From: Tubiluchus corallicola
Taxonomy: Eukaryota > Animalia > Priapulida
Direction: 5' to 3'
Length of the DNA: 64,000 nt
NCBI GenBank assembly: GCA_030141605.1
Contig: JAQGDQ010000053.1
Coordinates: forward strand, 682,001-746,000
Below, piece by piece: positions 49,801 to 61,800 of this stretch. The notes under the pieces were generated by a model, which was not told where the DNA came from, searched no databases, and saw only the letters and a list, made by a program, of their open reading frames with translations. Position 1 is the stretch's first letter, and each line of letters opens with the position of its first letter. The position numbers were made by a program, and so were the translations under genes.

Positions 49801-52800
49801 AGTGATTAGTAATGCTTGTCATATAGCTCTTTACTAAACATCTCTAGTCTTAATGTGTTTAAGAATACACTTAAGAAAGTGTATCAGACGTAAACACATT
49901 CTTATGTAGTTTGTTGTTGCAATTAAAGTACTCTAATTTTTCTTATCTTATAGGTTGAATTTGTCAGTAAGATCTATTCAGAGTGGATGAAATCTGAAGA
50001 TGAAGATCATTTAACAAGTCTAGGAGTTGGCATGAAGTGGTTTGGTGATCTGCTATTCTTTTATGCATCTAAAGCCTTAGAGTTTCCAGTGTCTAGTGCT
50101 ATGAATTCATCTGTTTCGTCAGATGGAGGCCGGTCATTTTCTGAGACAATGCAAACTGAAAAACTGCGCTCACATGCAATGACAAAATCTGTTTCTGCAG
50201 AATGCTTACCATTTGCTAACAAGCACCACCGTAAGTGTGAAGCCAGTTCATGAATGACCCTTTAATCTCTAAATAAATAAATGACCGTGAATGACTCTAT
50301 ATATAAACCTGTGTTTGCAACCATAGATCATTTTTGACATATAGAAATGTCTAATTTCATCATGAGGAGTCTGTATTTGCATTGTAGTATTCATTAAGGA
50401 TTCATTTTATACATTTGAAAATGTGAAATGTAATTGATTATTGTGCTTCAAACAGCTAAATGCTTTTATAATTATTGCTTATTATAGTTCTCAAAAATGA
50501 GTTTGACAGACAATGAGTCGTCCGCATTTACAGTCACTTTCGAGTGCTTTGCTTTATCTATCTGTTGTACCTGTCCGAATAAACGTTTGTTTATTAAAAT
50601 TAATGCAGCAGAATTGTGCAGTGATTCATCAAATAATTTATTGTCCGTATTTTTTTCTTATTTAAGCTAAGCTTTTTTCTTTAGTGGATAAAAGTAAAAA
50701 AGCATAAATTATAACTATTAATTTTTTATTAGGAAGAGGTCAATCAGGGAGTTTTAGTCGTTTTTCTTTGAAAAGGAGTTGCAGTTCAGGACAGTTTGTT
50801 ATACCCCTTGAACCGCCTACAATTGAGAATTGGGTGCCAGATAAGAGCGTCATAAATTGTATGGTCTGCAAGATAGAACATTTTAGCATGGTATGTAATG
50901 CCGGTATGCACATTAACTCGAATTTTCTTTTGCTGTCAGCTCAGAAACTATGGATGAGTGCGATTATGGTGTCGCTATCAAAATTATTTGTATCTCTATT
51001 TGTATTTGTTATTTGTATTTCTTTTTGTGGTACTTTGTTCTCTTGGTAAAGGTATTTCCAATTTGCTTTGGTTTGTAAGCAGAACTGGAAGTAAAAAAGG
51101 AAGGAGGTGCTTGTAAACAATGCTTATGAATTTATAGGCTGTATGGATGTGGTGCTAGCTATAATTTGCTAAATTCATAGCATATTGTATGCACCTGCAT
51201 GTTCTCCAATGTGCCGATTGTTTTTATCCAATTGAAAATTGTGTAGCAAGCCAAGTATTTAGTGTATCCGCTGCATAATCTGCATTTTGATGATCTTATA
51301 ATGGCACATAGCAGTTAAGTATAAGTAAAAAACAGTTTTCACGTCATGTATAATTCACAAATGAAAGTTCTGTATCAACATGACTGCTTCTTACATGTCT
51401 GATGACATGTGAATCAGCATAATTGATCACTTTACTATAATTAACATTCTGTGTCCTATTGGTTTTACATATTTATAGCTCTTTTCAAGTCTGCAATTTC
51501 TCCATGTTTTTTGTAGTTTAACAGACGTCACCACTGCAGAAGGTGTGGAAGAGTTGTGTGCTGGTCATGCTCAAAGCGCCGTGCAATTGTTAAAGGATTT
51601 GGTTCTTCACCAGTTCGTATTTGTGATGAATGTCATGAGTTTCATGAAAGGTGATTGCTAATGTGAATACCTTGCCATTACATACTTGTTGCTAACTCCA
51701 ATAAAAACTTTGATATTGTTAAAATATTTTTAACTGCAACTGCAGATGTCGGTTAAATTTTCGTGAGCATTGTTTTCTTTATAACATTATTGCAATTACC
51801 ACTATTGTCATCATTATCTTTCTCCTCCTGCTTATTTGTCATCTCTGTCACATCATTGATATCATTATCCTTGTCATTGTCATCGTCGCCACAATCATCA
51901 TGACAGTGCACTTACTCAGTATGCTCTTGATAGATGTGGAGAAAACTTTTCTAAAATGCTTATATCAGTGCATCAAGAAAGTAATGTACAGTATGTCCTC
52001 ATGTAACGACACAAATGAGTTCCAGCAAAATGCGGCGTTAAGACAAAGCCATCACTTCCGTAGAAAGTAATGTAAAAGAACTGAAATACGTTCCAGAGGC
52101 AAAAATCAGTGCTGCTTAAATCATGTAAATTACGTGTTTCTACTGATTAATTTCTTTCTGCTTGCTTGAAATCACCTTTATATCTTACTGCTAGCGGTTT
52201 CTCTTTCGTTAACATTTCAGTGCAGCTGTTAAACAATGAAGACTGCAGCACAGTCAAAGCCAAGCATTGGGTCACAATGAGAATTTTATATCTGGTTAAG
52301 TCTGGTTACTAGAGCAATGGGTTGGAGGCAAAATTCCTTACTCCTGTTTCTAGCTTGATACAAATGGCTATTGTGGTCAGTCTGGAAGCAAAAAACGTAT
52401 ACTTGTATAATAATTGCACTGTTTACGTTACTAGTGCATTTTTAGAATAGGATAACACAATATGTACTATTTTAATGCATCAAATTAGGTAAAAATGTGT
52501 TGATAAAATAAAAATTGGCTTCAAGCAAAATAAAAAACTCGTTGCTAAAACAAAACATCACTAAACGTGGAGTCGTTAAACAAGGACTTACTGTACATAT
52601 TTATATTTAACGTAAATTATAGTGTGCTTGTCAGTTTTGTCGCTAAATTAAGTTACTGGTCACTGTACGCCCGATATTTAGATGCATAGATAATAACACG
52701 ATCCTAAAAAATACTAAATATTTCCGTGAGTATATGAAATAAATTGTTTTTTGTGTCACCAGACTGATGGCAATTTTGACCAACTTCGGAAACCAAAATC

Positions 52801-55800
52801 TTCAACTCATAAAACGTACAAGGTGAATGTGATAATAGTCAATGTTGACTGGTAAATACACAGGTCGTACAACATATTTCGTCAGGTTTCCAGTTTACCA
52901 TGCTACACTTTTTTCCAGAAAAATGTTTGTGGTTCATTAATTCAGAAAAAGACAAAAAACAAACGTTGGTTAACCTGTTATGATGCAAAAGTCAATTTGA
53001 ACCTTTGTTCAAAACTATGTTTGAACATATGCATATAAACCACTTGTTCTCTATAGGAATGAAATGATTGTTTTGTACAATAACGTTATTTAGAAGACTT
53101 GGTGGTTATTTTATGTTGATTTGGAGTTTGGCAGCTAAGTGACCAGCATTGGGGTCGTAATAGTGAAATAACCTGTTTTCCGTGCCGACAGTTCTAAGAA
53201 TACATAGTTTTGGAAATAACTAGGCTATGCTATGGTGCATCCTATGTCGAAGCCAAATGTTCAAAAAACAATGAAGTTATTAATAAAGTCATCGAGTGAC
53301 ATTATGTTTCTGAAATGACATTTACCATGATGTGCTTCCCAGCAAAAAGATTGTGAAGTAGGTGAATTTACTGATTTGCAGGAGTGTGACTGAATAAATT
53401 GCGAGCATAGCATGAAAAACAACACATTTTAGTCATTCATCGTCACACTTGAGAGACTGCTAATGCTATCTACCCACTAATATTCAATAATGTGCATTCC
53501 ATTCAGTTTCGCTTGAAACTGAACAAACGTTATGTTGCACAAGGTGTGAATTGTTACTTGCCATTATCTATTGTCATTCACTATCTCTAGGTTGCAACAA
53601 CCAAGTGTTCAGATGGCTGTAGATGTGGAACGCATTCGTAGTACTTTAGCTGCAACGACTGCACCAGTACTACCATCGCAGGAGGAATCACTCCACCATC
53701 TGCCAGATGTCATTATGGTACAGAGTCCAATGCAAGAAACATCATCTGTGGATTTTCATGGAAAGCTATCATCAAACCTACAACAAAACAAATTTACACG
53801 AGAACGTTTTTATTATGAGCAGGTTAGGCAAACTTTTCATAATTTATTAGAATAAAGGCAGTTGAATATTTATTTTTCTTGTAAAAAGGCATGACAATGC
53901 TAAGTTTACAGTGAGAAGACCAGGCATTTTATCCAAGTTTGCAAATATTTAAGCTTGCATTTTTTCTAAAATGCTCAAATGAACTTTAGATGTAGAATTA
54001 AATGAAAATATTGCCCATTAACGGGCCTTTATGTTTCTTTTTAAAACTACTGTTCTATGAGATTGTAGTGTAATTTGCTTGTATGTTTAACAAGTTTATA
54101 CAATGATGAGAAAACAAGTATGTACAATATACTAGGATAAGTATGTCTGTATGTGAGCAAAATCTGTTTTATATTAAATTAGATATTTGTGATATATTTG
54201 CAGGCACCCAGCACAAACTTGTGTATATCCATATTAGACTTGCACAGTAATCGCGCTGCTTGTGGTTGTTACATGCTCAAGCTCTGTGATCAACTTTCCA
54301 AGCTATTGTTGCCTATTGCTCCGGGCATACCAAACCCTGAAGTAGACTACATTCTCACAATTAGGTATGTTGTGCTTCTTTCTTACTTGAAACTGACTTA
54401 ACTACTATCAGTGTCTGGTACACAATACATGAATGAAATGCACGAACTACTGTAACACACGTATGGAACATACGGAATTTTAGGCATTTGCAATGTGACA
54501 GGAATGAAATGAAGAAAAATTTGAAAAAATAACGAAAATACATGGAAACCAGCAGTAACAAATTCTTATGTGTTAAATAGGTAATAATAATTAAAATTAG
54601 AGTATTCTTCTATCTACACACTTGACAGGAAGCCTCTAAATAGCTAATTAGACGGTAAATACAAAAATGTGTCTCGTGCACAGCTAACAGAAACGTGATG
54701 CCGTCTAGTGGTCAAACAAATCACAAGGTGAATGTATGTGGAACGTAATATTTGAAAGTGGCACTTTAAAAAGACAAACTCTTTTACATATGTTGAACAA
54801 GAATTAATGAAAAACTCATTGAACCATTTATTGCCATTCACGTTTTACAGTTCTGTTTATTAGGCATTTCTCTAGTTTGTTACTCAGTAAGTAAAAATTA
54901 TACCTAAATATCCACTAATACAAGTAGTCGTACACTTACGACCTATGCACTTACGAATGTTCGACTTTAAGATCCGACCACTACTTAATTATTTAATTAT
55001 GCAAAACCGACTATAAGTCTTACTTCCCTTTATTTTTTTTAAACAAATTAACTTTAAATCACTATCTGTTTCAATAAATTTATCATAAGTGCCATGCTTA
55101 ATGCACGTTCACACGCATCGTCTTGCATATAAGGACGCACCACTTGAATATACGGGTCCAACTTATGACCAATCTGCTGAAACCGATGTGGTCGTAACTT
55201 GACATTACCTGTAGTGTCAAATGCAACTAATTTTTTTTTGGATATTTGCAAAAATAAAACAACATAGCATAAATATTAGCAAGAAGTGCAGTTGCTCTTG
55301 CAAAGAAACTTTCACTTAAATCATTTTTTTATAATTGACTGCATACTTTCGGTGATATGATTAGCAACACTTCTATATTAGCACACGACTTACGAGAAAG
55401 ATTTATATTTCTTTTGCCAAAGTAGATGTGAATATTTATAGATGCTGAAGAAATTATATGATAATACATGTAGATGCAGCAAAAATAAATGTAGACTAAA
55501 GGTAGATGAGGAATTTATAATGTTCCAGTCACTGACTACTGTGGAGATTGAAAATTGATTTGCAGGGCCTGTTTATATTGAACTGCACACAATCTAAGCA
55601 TTTACGCAGAATCAGATGACCATAGAGCATTGTGTGTATATGTAACTGCAATAGTCTGTGCAATGTATTTATTTTTATAATATGCTGCTTTCACCTTTTG
55701 TATCAAATAAAGAAAATAGTCATTTTAATAAATTGCTAACCTAAGGTTACAGTGCTATCTTCTGCTTTGTACATTGTATAAACAACACATTAGTACTAAA

Positions 55801-58800
55801 AGTGGAAAAGCAAAAAGTGCGTAGTCTATTGACTGGTTTTTATTGTTTTATCACATTACTGCATATGTTAAATATAGTGAAGCCATCTTAAAAACATATA
55901 ATGAGAGTTAGAAATATAGTGAATCATTAATAATTTAATATGCAAAAATAAAAATTGGGTACAAATTTTATTGGCGCCAAAATGTCAAAAAGTGGTCCCA
56001 TATCCAAGTGTCCAGGGCCCATTTGGCCATGTCTAAATGTCACGTACAAAAGTTTTCTATCTCACTGAATTTATCTGCTATTGGTGTTTTTCTGTAATAA
56101 TTCAATAATATTATTTACTATGAGTTGTTTGTAAATGACTGCACGGTATCACTGCATGTAAACAATAATGTCAAATAGATCAGAACTCTTAAATATTCAA
56201 AAACAATGGAGCATATCTGCTTCCTGTTTCAATGTTGATTTGGAAATTTTTTAAAAAACAGTTGAACATTTAGAAGTTTTTTAACCAGTGTTTCTGTCTC
56301 CTAAGTTAGCTTTAGCCCGTGAAATTACTTGCGTCTTGGAAATTTTTTTGGCAAATATACACTTTTTAATTATGTCTTATTTACCTGAACATTTGCAATC
56401 TCAGTGTCAAGGTAAAGTTCAATATTTTGGTGATAATTTTCATCAGCAACCGATTCAGTAGTAGTTACTTACCAAGTCCTGCTCTAGAATCAACACTGCC
56501 AAATATGGAAATTGATTATGCGATGAAATATCACGATACTTGCCACTTCGTAGGTTTAAATTGATTGGCATCAATGTGTGTTGTTTTCTCAGTGATTACA
56601 TATTGTTTATTATGCTTCAGTATGATGAGGAATTTGCTGTTGAGTGCCAAGATGAAATTCACAGGAGCTGATGAGAACCACGAGCTGGAACTTTGTGATA
56701 CCTATTTGAGCCACGTTGATCTCATTCAAAATGTTGTTAATTCAAATTGTAGAGAAATTCCTTCTTTGCATGAACTGACGAATGTTGACTCAGCTAGGTA
56801 AACATTTGAGAAGAAACAATATAATTAACAATATCTTCATTAGTATTCTAATTTACCACTTTTTATTAAAAGTTGTGCAAGTGCTTAAAAGGCAATTTTT
56901 AATGTTGATGATGACTTTTAGAATGACCAAAATTAGTTAAATAAGGTAAAAAGTTACTATTTGAATTTTCATCCAGTTATTAAGAAAGTGTAAATAGTAT
57001 TGGCTGCATTTTGTGATGGACCTATTTAAAAGTCCAAAAGCTGAACTTGTTCTGGCTCATAGAATTATGGGTGCTTTTCGTAGGTTCTTTTTTTGTAATT
57101 GAAATCTTACAATTTTTGTTTCTATGAAATGATTTAGCCTCTGCTTATATGAACATATTGAGTAACAAGTGATTTTGTTGTGACAGTCACAGTATTCTTA
57201 GAATTTTACAAGTTTTTGGAGTATTTTCTAGGGAGAATAGGTTGTATGTTTCTTCTCTGTAAAGAGTAATTTTTCCCTATTCTGCAAGCTCACATTTTGC
57301 TTTTCATTCAGCAATAACTACACCATGTTGTTCTTAAAAATAGATAAAACATTTAGGATTAATATCTATATATGTTATCGTTTGATAACATAGCTAAGTG
57401 CTTAACAAAACCACCTACGTGATTATGTAACCTGCATTTTGCTGTACTATTAAAACTACAATCATCTCTGAGCACGCTGCAGATTCATATAACATACGGT
57501 ATAACACATATAGCTTATTAATGCTGTGAAAGTGAATCGCAAATAAAATCTAAACTTGAAACAATATCATTGTCGAAGAGAATAGACACTTTTATTATAG
57601 TGCATTTTATTTTATTGCCCTACAAAAATAAAAATGAAAGTAAAGCACCATGAGATGGATCAACTGGTGTTAGCTTAGTTATTCTGAACTGACAATGCAT
57701 GAGATTAACGGGAATGTGCACTAGTCAGTGAACACTTGCGCTATATCACGTTTAATGCACGATGCTAACTTGACAGGTCTGCCTACTATATATTAAATTT
57801 GATGATCTTTGTTTAGCATATTTTTCTAAAGATAAGGCTTATGCATTGTTTTTTATAAGTTAAAATATGTTCTTTAATTCAGGCGATATCGAGATAAATT
57901 GTTAGAAGAAGAAAGATTTCAGCTTGCTATGGATGTGTCTACAAAGTGTAACTTGGATGTGCTTGGAGTTTGGGTGAATTGGGGCAAAACTCATCTATTA
58001 ACTGGCAATTTTTTAACTGCTCGTAACAAATTTGTAAAGTGCCTAAAGGTGAGTTCAGCAACATTACGATTTAATAGCATAGAATTTATACATTTTACAA
58101 ATTCCTTCTCACTACCATGAAATCGTTGTAGTTTGAAATGCAACTGTTCAAGAAGTTTAAGTTGTGCCTGTTTAAATGTATTAATTATGTTATGTCCTTA
58201 GATTTCAGTTGATAAAAATCAACCTTCTCCTCCACTTTTGGATGACATTGTGTCCACATTAGAATCTGTGGAACCGGATCCAGCATTCCTCACGACTACA
58301 ACGATGACGTGGAAAGATTTGACCACCCATCAATCTCAGGTCTGTGTTTGTTATACTAAACATGAGTCATACTCTGGCAGAAACATTAACATTTCTGTTA
58401 AATAAATGACCCAAGCCTTCTGGGAGATAAGGCTTATTTCTATGTACAGAAAATGTTAGAAGGATGTAACAAAAGTGCAATAAGCACCTAATGTAAATAG
58501 TAAAATCACTTTCAAGTCACGATCATTTCATGCTTCGACGTTACCATTTTGAGCAGCCATTCTTCCACTCTTAGACTGAAGAAAAGTGGCACACTGTCAA
58601 CTTCAGTCTGAAGTATTATAAATTATTACAAAAACGTAAAATGACTACTTTTGTGATATTTTTGTATGAATATTAGGTAAGCTGCATAAGTTTGAATTAG
58701 TTTCTGAAAGTCACGAAGTCCACCAGTTATGTCATAATTTAGAAGTCAATGGTGGCTGTCACCACACCTGAAAATTTCTATACAACAGTAGTATAAAGTA

Positions 58801-61800
58801 ACTTTATGCTTTATAGCAAATTTTTTGCAAATTTCCTTGTTATATTTTTCTAAGTTTAAGTGATGGCAGTAAATTAAACCCAACATGTTTAAATGACTCA
58901 TCCTTTCCTTTAATGGTTCCATTTGAGTATGTGGTTATGATAAGGTAAAATTATGAGGTAGCCTCAGCCTATATGCTTGCAAACTTCGTATTCCAAACTT
59001 TTGCCACATTTGTGTTGTTATGGTATCAGCTCTTCAAATTAGCTAACGATTAGCAATATCAATATTAGATTATGAATGTGAATCCCAGAAGTTAATAAAC
59101 CACTCTGTTTATTTCACCACAAATATTAACCTTTCGGCTAATCAGTTGAGGAATGAGCAGCTCAAGGCTTACTCAAATCATAATATAGTTAATGATATTG
59201 TTAACCGCCAGCAATTTTGAAGTGTTGTTATGATAAGTATCTCGATTCTTTGACGTAGGTGCAGCTGGCACTGTGTGCTATAAGGAAGAGAACTCAGGCC
59301 TGCTCTGTCATGCTGAACTAGTAACTCAGGTGGCAGAGCACAGTTAGCCAAAAAGTTAATAATTGTTAAATAAACTGTAATCGTTTATTAACTTTTGCTG
59401 TTCATAGCATAATACATGTGGGTAGTTATTGCCTTTTGTTTAGTGCTGATTTGAATCTTTTTTCTCTTCACATACTTGATGTTTGTTAATTTTATATTCG
59501 TCATCTGCAACAAAGTTTATCATGCCATACAAATTAAGGTTAGGTTTGCTGCAATGTGCATGCAATGATCACTGCTCAGTTTTATATTGTAAGCTATGCA
59601 CTTCTCTACATGGTGCCCTAGCAGCCTAGCTTGCACTTTAGAATTTAAAAATAGCTGACATCGTATTTGAATAAATAAACTTATTGACTAGGTTGTAAAG
59701 CAATGCTGTTTGATTCTGCAGTTAAGAGTAAAACTATAAAATGTGTGCTAGAATCTTAAATATTCAGTTTTTATAATTTGTAAAAAACGATTATAATCTA
59801 TACACTACATGAATTATTAACCACTTCACTGCCTGCATGACGAAAATTTCCTGTGATGAAAGCGCTATTTTCACTGCCCTATATGACGAGATCATACCGT
59901 CATGCTTAATATGCAAATTAGCTGACACATGCACCAGTAGCAGCAGTACTTGCACATGCCACACTTCATTAGCCAAGCTAGCAAGGCTCTGAAAATAAAC
60001 ACTGGTGCTGTTGTCATTTGGCCAGAAAATTAATATGTACGCCAATAAAATGCTTATAGCAAAAATGTTAGCGAAATTTCCAGAAAAGATTGCATCATTA
60101 CTGAATGTGCACTGCAGTCTGCTGTGTTGTGACATTTTTTTCTTCCCTATGACTTTGAATGATACCACACGAATTAAAACTGCTTTTGAAGTGACATGAT
60201 AAAAATGCTTTTGATGAAAATGGTGGTATTCATGGTGGTGGTAGTTAACAGCAGCAGTGGTGGCGGCAGTGTAAATTATGGGGGGGGGGGGGGTGACAAC
60301 AGTATGGTGATGGTTCTGATGGTGATGTTGCAAAAGTTGCAGTAATCTGTAGCAGTAACAACTTTTCCCTTAAAATATTCCCCTATACCACCTAGCATGG
60401 CGATACAAATTATAGGACAGTAAAGATGTTAAGTGAGCTGAGCTTGTTTGCTTTTCATGGACGACTAAACAACAGCATGAAATTTCACATGAATGATACC
60501 GTTGTCCGAGAAGAACATTGGACTGTAAAAGATATGGCACTATGCCACTATATACCATTATAGCATACTAGTACATAGTATATACCATATATACTTTTTT
60601 GATATTTTACTATGCAGTGTAAAAAAACGTTCTAGCAGTACTTCGTGAAGGTCTTGGAGAGAGATCTATAGCTGTTTGGAAAAAGGAAGAACAGGAAGAA
60701 ATTGCAATGAAAAGTCCCAATGTTGATTCTACTTTATTTGATTTTTTTGTTACTTAATAACTTTTTTAACTTTTTATAAACTATCAAATATTTATGATAA
60801 ATGAATTTTGATAGACGTATCTAGAATTTAGTTTTATTTGCCAAATTCAAGTCATTTGTTATGCTATTGTTTTATTATATTTTAGGTTAAAGGTTTGTTA
60901 GTGGATGGGCAAATTTACAATGAATGCCTTTATTATCTTAAAACATATGGAACTCATCTTTCCCTTCTGGCTTTTTACATGCGCCATGGTTGTATTCTGA
61001 TGGCTTTACAATATTTGGTTGAACAAGTATGTGCACTTTTTGTACATTTAATTATGCGTAATAGTTGCATCTTTACTAAACTCTATTACAAATGTTAATT
61101 ATATTGTGTAGTTATATAATAAGAATTTTAAGCAGTTTAGTATTTTCACAGTTTAGTACCTGAGGTAGTTTAAAACAAAAATGACATTTAGGATCTTAGT
61201 TTTTGGAAATTTCGCTTTTCTAGAACTGCTCAACTGAAATATTTATTGATGGTGTCTTCATTCCGTGCCTTGAGAAAGGTGATATAGTCAAACTGCAAGA
61301 GCAATTACGTGCAGATGATCCTACATTAGAAAAGTGGAGTACTTACTTGACTGCTACTTGTAAATACTTGGATAAAATGCAGTTGATTCACACTCTATAC
61401 GATTTTCAACTATTCATGAAGGTAGTTTTTGTAGTTCTGTATGTTAGCGCTATTGTGTAATGTTGCTGGTAGATGTGTTAATCATTATCAGTGTTTGTTT
61501 TTGTGCATGTGTGACTGTATAAGATTGTTTTAAACTGTAGCTATAAGATATTTTGCTGTTGCATAATGTAAACATACTAAAGCTTTGAATACCTGGAAGT
61601 GATACAGAAAATATCTAAAAACTAAATATCTAATTTTATTTTTTGAGAAGATACTTTACTGTATCATCTTCAGGCATTCAAAATTTTAGTAGAACATCTA
61701 CTACTACGTTTACTTTTTAGAGGATGTCAAGTACTTTTAAAAGATGCTATCGAGTATCAACTTTTTGCAGTATATTCAGTATGTTCAAATTCAGTAAAAT

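Noticed and set aside
59791-60333. 180-aa His-rich ORF on the - strand
   Set aside because: Arises from a degenerate (TGG/TGA)n low-complexity tract and a poly-G run inside a ZFYVE26 intron; no domain motif or splice support.
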